From an uncultured Planctomycetia bacterium (lineage in GTDB: Bacteria; Omnitrophota; Gorgyraeia; JABMQH01): DNA of 39,203 bases. The notes below the pieces were generated by a model. The model did not search any database and had not been told where the DNA came from. It saw only the letters and a program-made list of their open reading frames with translations. The stretch covers positions 6,108 through 45,310 of the forward strand of contig CAYQVM010000001.1 of the NCBI GenBank assembly GCA_964421145.1, read 5' to 3'. Below, one piece after another: positions 7,819 through 15,454 of the stretch (its first letter is position 1; every line of letters begins with the position of its first letter). Made by a program: the position numbers and the translations under genes.

Positions 7819-8962
7819 GCGCGACTTAGAAGAAAAAGAAGAAAAATTACTCGCCCCTTACGCCCAGAAAAGCCGGGATTCAAAAGGAAGGCAATATAAG
7901 GAATCCGAACACGAATACCGCTCGGTATACCAAAGGGATAAGGACAGGATCATATATTCTACCGCCTTTAGACGGCTCGAATACAAAACACAGGTATTTG
8001 TAAACCATGAAGGGGATCATTACAGAACGCGGCTCACCCATACATTGGAAGTAGTCCAGATTGCAAAGACAATAGCAAGGGCGCTAAGGCTCAACGAAGA
8101 CTTGGCGGAAACAATCGCGCTCGCCCATGACCTCGGGCATACTCCCTTCGGCCATTCCGGAGAAGACGCCCTAAAAGAAATCATGAAGGACCACGGCGGT
8201 TTTGACCACAATTCACAGGGGCTGAGGGTCGTTGACATACTGGAGGAGAGATATCCTGAATTCCCGGGGCTCAACCTTTCATATGAGGTCAGAGAAGGGG
8301 TCATCAAGCACGCGACGGCGTTCGATAGGCCGCGGCTGTACATTCCGTTTGAGGCCAAAACCCCTCCGACGCTGGAGGCGCAGGCCGTAGACGTAGCGGA
8401 CGAAATCGCGTATGATAATCATGACCTGGACGATGGGATCGCAAGCGGACTGATAAAAGAAGAGGCACTCTCTCATATCCTTTTATGGAAAAAAACATCC
8501 CAGGAAATCAGGGGCGCCTATCCCAGGGTGGGGAGGGAGATCGCCATCTATCAAACCGTGAAGTCCCTGATTAATAAACAGGTAACTGACCTGGTTATCG
8601 AAACAGAAAAGAACATTAAGTCGTTTAAGATTAAATCGGTAAGGGATGTCAGGGCGCTGCCGCAAAAAGTTGTCTCGTTCAGCAAAGGGATGGAAGAGGC
8701 CCGAAAACCCTTAAGAGAATTCCTGTTAAAAAATCTTTATCAGCATTACAGGGTAGTCAGGATGTCAAATAAGGCCCATAGGTTTATTAACGACCTTTTT
8801 AAGATATATCTTGATAAGCCCGAACAGCTGCCTCCCACGACTCATTCCCGTCTGAAAAAAGAAGACGCATACCGCGTAATCTGCGACTATATCGCAGGTA
8901 TGACAGACAGGTATGCGCTAGATGAATATAAAAAATTCTTTGAGCCTTACGAAAGGGTTTAA
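7808..8962 (+). CDS. dgt: dGTPase-like deoxynucleoside triphosphate triphosphohydrolase (HD domain)
   Basis: YRTRLTHTLEVVQIAKTIA, AHDLGHTPFGHSGE and the C-terminal DYIAGMTDRYA motif of the Dgt family. Confidence 0.85.
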   Translation: MVTRRDLEEKEEKLLAPYAQKSRDSKGRQYKESEHEYRSVYQRDKDRIIYSTAFRRLEYKTQVFVNHEGDHYRTRLTHTLEVVQIAKTIARALRLNEDLAETIALAHDLGHTPFGHSGEDALKEIMKDHGGFDHNSQGLRVVDILEERYPEFPGLNLSYEVREGVIKHATAFDRPRLYIPFEAKTPPTLEAQAVDVADEIAYDNHDLDDGIASGLIKEEALSHILLWKKTSQEIRGAYPRVGREIAIYQTVKSLINKQVTDLVIETEKNIKSFKIKSVRDVRALPQKVVSFSKGMEEARKPLREFLLKNLYQHYRVVRMSNKAHRFINDLFKIYLDKPEQLPPTTHSRLKKEDAYRVICDYIAGMTDRYALDEYKKFFEPYERV

Positions 8963-9891
8963 GAGCCGGGGCTTATCTTGCCGTAGGTGCTGTCTGACCG
9001 CGAGAGAGGGTCGGTCTTATCGTAGGGGATCAATTCCTCGGGTTTGGGGTGTTCCTTCCTGACATAGCTGATTAAATAATAAACGATCTCTTTGTCTATC
9101 TTTCCGGCATTCGCCTCATTAATAAGATGGTTCAGCGCCTGGCGGATTGTATACGGGGAGCCGCGATAAGGCCTTTCCGATACAAGGGCGTCAAATATAT
9201 CCACGGGTGTTATTAAACGTCCGTATTTGCCGATCTTGGCAGTCCCCCTGGGATAACCGGAGGTATCCAGGACTTCATGGTGATCCCGCGCGGCATCGCA
9301 AACTTCGGCCGGCTCTGCGCCCAGATAGTAGCATAACAGCAGATAACTCATAAGAGAATGCGTCCTTAACAGCTTATATTCGGCTTGAGTCAAAGGCGTG
9401 TCCTTGCCCAGCAATTGTTTTGGTATCCTTGTTTTTCCCAAATCATGAAGCAGGCCGGCCAGGGCCGCATCTTCCGGCACATAATCTTTGTCTTTAAGAT
9501 CCAGCGATAATTTTACTATAAGCGCGGTCACTAACAATGTATGGCGGAAGGTATACGGCAGGCGTTCTTCGCAATTTTTTAATTCTTCATAAATTTCTTT
9601 TGTCAGCATGACGCTTTTTGCTATATGCGCGATCTCCTCATTGGTTTTATAAGGCGTAAATATAGTAAAGTATTTTTCTTCGTTGAATATATTCTTAAAA
9701 TCCTTATACAGAGAAGTTTCTCCGAAGGGGACATAAATCTTTTTAAGTTTCCGGCCGTGCCCTATCAGGGCGTGAACCAGTTTAAAATCTACTATAGAGC
9801 CGCTTTTTATAATAAGCTTATTGGAAATATCATAAATATCGATTAAAACAACCAATTCTTTATCGTTACGCTTATCGGCGTTATGACTCAT
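8959..9891 (-). CDS. HD-GYP domain protein (putative c-di-GMP phosphodiesterase)
   Basis: LHDLGKTRIP and HHEVLDTSGYPRG motifs. The N-terminal ~120 aa are unassigned. Confidence 0.8.
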   Translation of the reverse strand: MSHNADKRNDKELVVLIDIYDISNKLIIKSGSIVDFKLVHALIGHGRKLKKIYVPFGETSLYKDFKNIFNEEKYFTIFTPYKTNEEIAHIAKSVMLTKEIYEELKNCEERLPYTFRHTLLVTALIVKLSLDLKDKDYVPEDAALAGLLHDLGKTRIPKQLLGKDTPLTQAEYKLLRTHSLMSYLLLCYYLGAEPAEVCDAARDHHEVLDTSGYPRGTAKIGKYGRLITPVDIFDALVSERPYRGSPYTIRQALNHLINEANAGKIDKEIVYYLISYVRKEHPKPEELIPYDKTDPLSRSDSTYGKISPGS

Positions 9892-10238
9892 GTTTTTTTC
9901 TGAAAATACTTGAATATCTGGCCCAGGGTTAGGGAATCCGCCTTCGTAAACTGTATTCCTGTTTCATAATAACCGCTTGTTTTATCCCCGCCCATTATTT
10001 CAATCTTTCTTGTCCATACGACTATTCCGTAAACAACCGTTGTCTTGTTTGTGGAGCCTGGGATTTCAATTATCAACTTAAGCGCGGTCCCTTCCCTTAA
10101 CTTCTCATTCAAAGACAGGCGAATCCCCCCGCCGCTGATATCTTTTGCTGTAGCCATTTTTACAGGCGCGTTTTCAACAACCTCATAGCTTATCTTCATC
10201 GGCGAATCTATCCGCTCAAATACCCGATTTTCCCTCAT
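9888..10238 (-). CDS. Single-domain PilZ protein (c-di-GMP receptor)
   Basis: RVFER (RxxxR) near the N-terminus and DISGGG (DxSxxG). 116 aa. Confidence 0.8.
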   Translation of the reverse strand: MRENRVFERIDSPMKISYEVVENAPVKMATAKDISGGGIRLSLNEKLREGTALKLIIEIPGSTNKTTVVYGIVVWTRKIEIMGGDKTSGYYETGIQFTKADSLTLGQIFKYFQKKT

Positions 10239-10242
10239 CTAG

Positions 10243-10320
10243 CCTCCCATTTTACCCTGATTTTTCTAATCTGTAAAATGATCCCGAGCTTCCCTGGTCT
10301 TGTTACTCTGAAGCGAGGGA
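10243..10320 (-). promoter_or_regulatory. Two-hairpin 5' leader motif, copy 1 (upstream of the PilZ gene)
   Basis: RNA sense: UCCCUCGCUUC..GAAGCUCGGGA, then CAUUUUAC..GUAAAAUG, then GGGAGG. About 85% identical to copy 2 and structurally matched by copy 3. Confidence 0.6.
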
Positions 10321-10334
10321 CTATGTATTACGGT

Positions 10335-10363
10335 ATAGTATCACAAAATGTTTTTTATTGCAA
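10335..10363 (-). promoter_or_regulatory. Putative sigma70-type promoter for the leader-PilZ transcript
   Basis: On the minus strand: TTGCAA, 17 nt, TACTAT. The -35 is the same palindromic hexamer used by the divergent promoter. Confidence 0.4.
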
Positions 10364-10386
10364 ATTGTTTATAATAATTATATAAT
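10358..10386 (+). promoter_or_regulatory. Putative sigma70-type promoter for the GAF-HD-GYP gene (near-leaderless)
   Basis: TTGCAA (10358-10363), 17 nt, TATAAT (10381-10386). ATG 10394 follows 7 nt later with no SD. Confidence 0.4.
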
Positions 10387-10393
10387 AAGTCCC

Positions 10394-11944
10394 ATGAAAA
10401 AACCGATAGAGACTAGCTACGAAGATAAATTTTTTAACAAGCTTCTTAACAGCGACGATCTCAGGAAAGAAGAGGAGATCCTTGGTTCTTTTTTCAAAAA
10501 ACCTATATGGTGGCTGATAAAAGCCATTAAAAAAACAGCACCTAAATTTAAAAATACCTCAATGGCAAAATGCGCCTTCTGCAGGAAATCCACAAAAAAA
10601 AGATGGCGGTGCTCACAAAATCTGCTGAAGGTAGTCCGTAAGGCCAAAAAGACCGGGAGGGTGCAGATCTTTACCTGCCCCTGTAATCTGAGCGGATTTT
10701 GCCTGCCTGTCGCGCAGGGAGGTAAAATTTACGGCTATATAGGGATGTGCCACCTGGATACTGAAATCCCGGATCAGGCGCGGAAGCTCTTCATAAACTT
10801 TATGAATACGCTGATAAAAGATATACAAAAAGAACTGGAGTTGTCAAAATTGTATGAAACGATAAGGCCGAGGGCGATAGCCCTTTCGACTGTGCATACG
10901 ATTCACCGGCTTATTAGCTCGACCCTCGATTTAGACGAATTGCTTCCCCGCATCGCGCGGCTTTCTATGCAGGTCATGCAGGCCAACAGATGCTCTGTAA
11001 AACTGCTTGATAAGGAAAGGGGTGTCCTAAAACCGGTTACAACGATAGACCTGCGCACAAAAAGAAAACTTTATCCGAAAGAACTTAAGGTAGGCAGGGG
11101 CGTACCGGGCAAAGCGGTAAAGCAGGAAAAGGTCCTCAAGGGCCACAACTATCTTTCTGTTCCGCTGATTGATGAGGATGTAATAGGTGTGATCACTATG
11201 TATGATAAAGTAAACAATAAATCATTCACTCAATTTGACCAGGAAATAATGATGACCATAGCCGAGCAGGCGGTCATAGCTATTAAAAACGCCCAGCTAT
11301 ACAGGGAACAGGAAAACCTGGCTATAAACAGCATAAAGTCACTGGCAACAATATTGGATACGAGAGGCCCTACGGCTTTTATACCGCGGACCGCATTTGT
11401 AAAGATTGTCATAGAAATCGGCAGGGAGATTGGGCTAAACGAAGCGGAGATCCGAAGCCTCCAGTTTGCGGCGCTGCTTCATGATGCCGGCCAACTGTTT
11501 GTCCCCGACGAAATCATGTCAAAACCGACAAAACTGACAGGGGAAGAGTACCGGTTAATCAAAGAGCATCCGGCAAAAGGCGCAAAGATGTTTGAGCCGA
11601 CCAAGTATCTTAAACCCGTGATTCCGATAATACTTCACCATCATGAAAATTACGACGGAAGCGGCTACCCAAACAAATTAAAGGGTAACCAAATACCACT
11701 GGGTGCGCGGATAATGGCTGTCGTAAGCGCGTTTCTGGCCATGATAACGCCCCGGGCCTACAGGGTCACGAGAACGGTGGAGGAGGCCAAACAGGAAATC
11801 GTTAGAAACAGCGGTGTTCAATTTGACCCCAAGGTAGTGGCCACCTTTATAAAGATATTGTATAAAAAAGAGGTACAGCAAATTATAGAAGAGGAGTATA
11901 GCAGTGGAATTGAGCAAAGCCCTAAAGGTTCCGATATATTTTAA
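10394..11944 (+). CDS. Cys-rich sensor + GAF + HD-GYP domain protein
   Basis: N-terminal Cys-rich region (CAFC, FTCPC), a GAF-like middle (LDELLPRIARLSMQVMQANRCSV.. VIGVITMYDK) and a C-terminal LHDAGQ and HHHENYDGSGYP. ATG 10394 preferred over the track start at 10358. Confidence 0.8.
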   Translation: MKKPIETSYEDKFFNKLLNSDDLRKEEEILGSFFKKPIWWLIKAIKKTAPKFKNTSMAKCAFCRKSTKKRWRCSQNLLKVVRKAKKTGRVQIFTCPCNLSGFCLPVAQGGKIYGYIGMCHLDTEIPDQARKLFINFMNTLIKDIQKELELSKLYETIRPRAIALSTVHTIHRLISSTLDLDELLPRIARLSMQVMQANRCSVKLLDKERGVLKPVTTIDLRTKRKLYPKELKVGRGVPGKAVKQEKVLKGHNYLSVPLIDEDVIGVITMYDKVNNKSFTQFDQEIMMTIAEQAVIAIKNAQLYREQENLAINSIKSLATILDTRGPTAFIPRTAFVKIVIEIGREIGLNEAEIRSLQFAALLHDAGQLFVPDEIMSKPTKLTGEEYRLIKEHPAKGAKMFEPTKYLKPVIPIILHHHENYDGSGYPNKLKGNQIPLGARIMAVVSAFLAMITPRAYRVTRTVEEAKQEIVRNSGVQFDPKVVATFIKILYKKEVQQIIEEEYSSGIEQSPKGSDIF

Positions 11945-12185
11945 AATAATCCGGTTTTTTCATGAAAACCCGACAAGCATAGATACGCCGAGAGGCGTGG
12001 CTGCGTGGACGGGGGAGAGTAGGCAGGACGCCAAGAAAGCGCTCTTAAAACTGGCTGAATTAAAGATTATCACGCCGCATAGGGTCTCGTCCACAACGGC
12101 GTATAGCTATACGAGAGATTCCAAATTAATCAAAAAGATAGGGATGGCCTTAAAGAAAATTAAAAAGTCCCTCGCTTCAGAGTAG
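11904..12185 (+). CDS. Small hypothetical protein, possibly winged-helix-like
   Basis: 93-aa ORF with a GTG start 41 nt inside the upstream gene. The helix-rich sequence IYFKIIRFFHENPTSIDTPRGVAAWTG..AKKALLKLAELKII is suggestive only. Its last 6 codons lie in leader-motif copy 2. Confidence 0.4.
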   Translation: MELSKALKVPIYFKIIRFFHENPTSIDTPRGVAAWTGESRQDAKKALLKLAELKIITPHRVSSTTAYSYTRDSKLIKKIGMALKKIKKSLASE

Positions 12186-12247
12186 AAGGACTATGGAAGC
12201 TCGGGATCATTTTACATATTAAGAAAAAACAGGGTAAAATGGGAGGG
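12168..12247 (+). promoter_or_regulatory. Two-hairpin 5' leader motif, copy 2 (upstream of the coiled-coil lipoprotein gene)
   Basis: UCCCUCGCUUC..GAAGCUCGGGA, CAUUUUAC..GUAAAAUG, GGGAGGG. ATG at 12253. Confidence 0.6.
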
Positions 12248-12252
12248 TGGAT

Positions 12253-12540
12253 ATGAACAAAAAAGGTGTTGTGGTTTTTCTGGTAGCGGCGGTTGCATGT
12301 ATGACATTTTTGGGCTGCGCCAGCGTACCGAAGGAAGAACTAGATGAAAAAGAGGCTATAATAAAAAATCTGAATACCGAGATAGCCGGCCTTAAACAGG
12401 ATATCGAAAGGTTAGAGAGGGCTAACGAAGATCTCACAGCCTCAAGATCCGACTTGGAAGAAAAAATATCAAGGCTTGAAAATGAACTGTCGGAAAAGCA
12501 AAAAGTAACCGAAGAGAAAGTCGAACCAAAGATTAAATAG
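12253..12540 (+). CDS. Coiled-coil lipoprotein
   Basis: Signal peptide with lipobox FLGC, followed by a heptad-like E/K/L-rich region. ATG 12253 has better SD spacing than the GTG at 12247. Confidence 0.6.
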   Translation: MNKKGVVVFLVAAVACMTFLGCASVPKEELDEKEAIIKNLNTEIAGLKQDIERLERANEDLTASRSDLEEKISRLENELSEKQKVTEEKVEPKIK

Positions 12541-12542
12541 AT

Positions 12543-12989
12543 ATGGAAAAACAACCGGAATTATTTGGAGAGTTTAGGGAATCTGAAATAAAAAAGAATG
12601 TTTTTCAGGGCGGAACACTCCCTGAAAAAACATTCGTATTTGCCTTTTCCCGGGAGAAACTGATACTGTTTTTTATTGCCTTTATAATTGTGCTGGTTAT
12701 TATGTTTGCCATTGGTTTTGAGAGGGGCAGAAAAACCGTATCGTACAGAAACACGGTTCGGCAGGTTCTGCCAAAACCATACACTATCCAGGTCGCGACC
12801 TATAGATCCAAAGAGTCGGCTCAAAAAGAGGGGATAAAGATAAAAACCAAGGGATTCCCCGTGGTCATAATCGGCATAAACGGTACATATCAAATCCTGG
12901 TGGGAGAGTACGCTACCGAAAGAGATGCCCAACAGGCATTAAATGTCCTTAAAAAAACGTATAGCGGATCTTATATAAGAAAGAGGTGA
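12543..12989 (+). CDS. Membrane-anchored SPOR domain protein
   Basis: One TM helix (LILFFIAFIIVLVIMFAIGF) and a C-terminal SPOR-like domain (YTIQVATYRSKESAQKEGIKIKTKGFPVVI..YQILVGEYATERDAQQALNVLK). Confidence 0.75.
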   Translation: MEKQPELFGEFRESEIKKNVFQGGTLPEKTFVFAFSREKLILFFIAFIIVLVIMFAIGFERGRKTVSYRNTVRQVLPKPYTIQVATYRSKESAQKEGIKIKTKGFPVVIIGINGTYQILVGEYATERDAQQALNVLKKTYSGSYIRKR

Positions 12990-12995
12990 TATTAA

Positions 12996-13340
12996 ATGTC
13001 GCAGCATCCAAGTCTATTGGGAAGCCAAAAGGGTAAAAGGCACAGGTCTGTTCTTAAACGGTATGAAAAGCTAAAACACCTTATGGAAAAAAATAAGTGG
13101 GGCGACGAAAGTTCCATCTACCACCTTCCAAAGGTTAAATCCATAAAGTTCAAGGTGAAGAAAGAAAAGGCCGCCGCAACCGCTGAGACCCAAGCGGCAG
13201 CACCCGGTCAGGTAGCAGCACCCGGCCAAGCGGCACCAGCAGCCGGAGCGCAGACGAAAGCAACAGGAGCACAGCCCGCAACCGCCAAGCAGGCCATAGC
13301 GGAAAAGCAGGCCCCTGCAAAAGACAAAAAGGCAAAGTAA
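12996..13340 (+). CDS. Small basic protein with an A/P/Q-rich low-complexity tail
   Basis: The N-terminus GSQKGKRHRSVLKRYEKLKHL..LPKV resembles the small basic protein family I associate with PVC-group bacteria (from memory). The tail contains an imperfect 18-nt tandem, GCAGCACCCGGTCAGGTA / GCAGCACCCGGCCAAGCG. Confidence 0.5.
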   Translation: MSQHPSLLGSQKGKRHRSVLKRYEKLKHLMEKNKWGDESSIYHLPKVKSIKFKVKKEKAAATAETQAAAPGQVAAPGQAAPAAGAQTKATGAQPATAKQAIAEKQAPAKDKKAK

Positions 13341-13350
13341 AGTATTCTTG

Positions 13351-14442
13351 ATGAAACAGATACATGTCGGCCTTAAAAAAAGAGGTTACGATATCGTCAT
13401 AGGAAGCGCCATGCTGGGTTCTCTTGGCCGCTTTCTGAAAAAGGCGGGCTGCGACGGCACCGCCATGATAATTACAAACCCCTCAATAAAAAAATTGTGG
13501 GGTAAAAAAATGGCTTTAGCTTTAAGAAACAGCGGGATTGAAGCCATTTTTTTAGACATCGCCGATACCGAAAAAAGCAAATCTATCGCTACCTCTCTTA
13601 AACTGTTAAATAAGATCTCATCGTCCTCAAGGTCCAAGAAGGTTTTTATCATAGCCCTTGGAGGAGGAGTCGTAGGAGACGTGGGGGGATTTGTGGCCTC
13701 TATTTATAAGCGTGGAATACCTTATATACAGATGCCTACGACCTTATTGGCCCAGGTGGACTCAGCTATAGGGGGGAAGGTAGCAATAGATTTAAAAGTA
13801 GGCAAAAACCTGGCAGGCGCTTTTTACCAGCCGCGGCTCGTATTCTCGGACACCGCCTTTCTCTCAACGCTCCCAAAAAGGCAGATAGCAAACGGCGTTT
13901 CCGAAGTCATAAAATGCGCCGTAATCAAAGACCCTTCTTTATTTAATTTCCTCGAGCGCAACCTCAGCAGGATACTGCGCCTGGATAAAAGCAGCATGGA
14001 ATATGTCATTTTGAAAACGAGCGCCATTAAAGCCCGTCTTGTAGAAAAAGACGAATATGACAAGCTCGGTATCAGAATTGCGCTAAATTACGGCCACACG
14101 ATAGGCCACGCCATAGAGGCGGCTAGCGGATTCTCAAAAAGATATACCCATGGAGAGGCGGTAAGTATTGGTATGGCCGCCGCAAATTTTATAGCCGTCC
14201 AGCGGGGGTTACTTTCAGAATACACATCTCAAAGAATACATCGCCTTTTGGAAAAAACAGGCCTGCCAACAAAAACAAAGGGCATAGATCCGCAAAAGAT
14301 TTATGACGCTCACCTTCATGACAAAAAATTTACGGGCAGGAAAAACAGATTTGTGTTGATTTCCGATATCGGCAAGATTAGGGTCGTAGAGGAGATACCT
14401 GAGAAACTTATAAAAAAGGCCATAGCTGTCGTATGCGCCTAA
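13351..14442 (+). CDS. aroB: 3-dehydroquinate synthase
   Basis: GGGVVGDVGGFVAS, PTTLLAQVDSAIGGK and NYGHTIGHAIE motifs. ATG 13351 preferred over TTG 13348. Confidence 0.9.
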   Translation: MKQIHVGLKKRGYDIVIGSAMLGSLGRFLKKAGCDGTAMIITNPSIKKLWGKKMALALRNSGIEAIFLDIADTEKSKSIATSLKLLNKISSSSRSKKVFIIALGGGVVGDVGGFVASIYKRGIPYIQMPTTLLAQVDSAIGGKVAIDLKVGKNLAGAFYQPRLVFSDTAFLSTLPKRQIANGVSEVIKCAVIKDPSLFNFLERNLSRILRLDKSSMEYVILKTSAIKARLVEKDEYDKLGIRIALNYGHTIGHAIEAASGFSKRYTHGEAVSIGMAAANFIAVQRGLLSEYTSQRIHRLLEKTGLPTKTKGIDPQKIYDAHLHDKKFTGRKNRFVLISDIGKIRVVEEIPEKLIKKAIAVVCA

Positions 14443-14452
14443 AGAGGTGACT

Positions 14453-14920
14453 ATGCAGATCAGAAAATTCGCGGAACCGGACGGGGCAAAGGTAAAAGAA
14501 CTGATACTTTCAATACTGGAAAAAGAATATCCTTTTGACCGGAAGGCCTACTCGGATACCGATCTTGAAAATATCGGAGCGACTTATGGCGGACCGCATG
14601 ACACTTTTTTTGTAATTGAAAACGATAATAAGATAATAGCTACCGGCGGCATCAAAGAAGATACAAGGGATACCGCATTGTTAAGGAGGGTCTTTGTGGA
14701 CCCTAACGAACGCCGGAAGGGTTACGGCTCCAAGCTTTTGGACAAAGCAATCAAATTCTGTAAAGAAGCAGGTTATAAACAACTGGTATTTAGGGCAACC
14801 GGCAAGATGATCAATGCAATAGAGCTGTGCAAGAAAAAAGGCTTTAAGGAAGCGGAAAAACTGGACCTCGGCGGGTTTTTTATTTATAGGTTCGTTTTAG
14901 ACCTGGCTATTCAGAACTGA
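14453..14920 (+). CDS. GNAT-family N-acetyltransferase
   Basis: LRRVFVDPNERRKGYGSKLLDKAIKFCKEAGY (acetyl-CoA binding motif A). ATG 14453 has better spacing to the AAAGAGG SD than GTG 14447. Confidence 0.8.
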   Translation: MQIRKFAEPDGAKVKELILSILEKEYPFDRKAYSDTDLENIGATYGGPHDTFFVIENDNKIIATGGIKEDTRDTALLRRVFVDPNERRKGYGSKLLDKAIKFCKEAGYKQLVFRATGKMINAIELCKKKGFKEAEKLDLGGFFIYRFVLDLAIQN

Positions 14921-15407
14921 GCTCAAACTCCTTATCATTAAAAACAAATTTCACGCTCGCCCGATTTATCTCAATAAGCGTAGCCCCCTCAATCATATCG
15001 CCTTTTGACAGCACTTTATTATTGACTATAGCATAAGGCCTTTCGTTATCATAAACAATCCCGCTTAAATTCAAAGTCGGTAAATCCGGCGCATTTTTAG
15101 ACGGTGATACCGGCGCGGAGGCCTGTCGCGTTTCCTCTTTGATAGGCTCTACTTTAGAAACCTTTTTAAAAAAACTTTTGAAAAAAAGCAGCGTCCCTGA
15201 AATTATTACAACAACCATTAAAACGGGTAAAAACCGCCTGATCTTCGCGGGACGCTTGAAACCCTGACGCGACACAGCGGGCAGAGAAGAAACCTGTGTA
15301 TTTGACGGCGCACCTGCGCTGGGTTCGGGTACTTGATCGGCAGCCACGTTAACCCGCTGCTTGTTTGCTTCCTGCGCCTTCTTCAGCGCCTCATTTATTA
15401 TACTCAC
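14907..15407 (-). CDS. GspB/ExeB-like protein (partner of the ExeA-type ATPase)
   Basis: N-terminus MSIINEALKKAQ, one TM helix, and a C-terminal LNLSGIVYDNERPYAIVNNKVLSKGD like the GspB C-terminal domain. The GTG start is supplied by palindromic element copy A. Confidence 0.6.
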   Translation of the reverse strand: MSIINEALKKAQEANKQRVNVAADQVPEPSAGAPSNTQVSSLPAVSRQGFKRPAKIRRFLPVLMVVVIISGTLLFFKSFFKKVSKVEPIKEETRQASAPVSPSKNAPDLPTLNLSGIVYDNERPYAIVNNKVLSKGDMIEGATLIEINRASVKFVFNDKEFELSSE

Positions 15408-15454
15408 CCAGCCCCTCCTGCTTACCCAGTACCCCTCTCATAGGAGGGGCTGGG
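15406..15454 (-). repeat. Palindromic SD-GUG element, copy A
   Basis: Arms CCCAGCCCCTCCT (15407-15419) and AGGAGGGGCTGGG (15442-15454) with a 22-nt loop. Lies at the junction of the ExeA-like stop (15422) and the GspB-like GTG (15407). Confidence 0.85.

Noticed and set aside
12219-12554. A 111-aa minus-strand ORF antisense to the coiled-coil lipoprotein gene.
   Set aside because: It is Ser/Phe-rich and low in complexity, a mirror of the E/K-rich sense frame. The sense ORF has an SD, a signal peptide and a lipobox.
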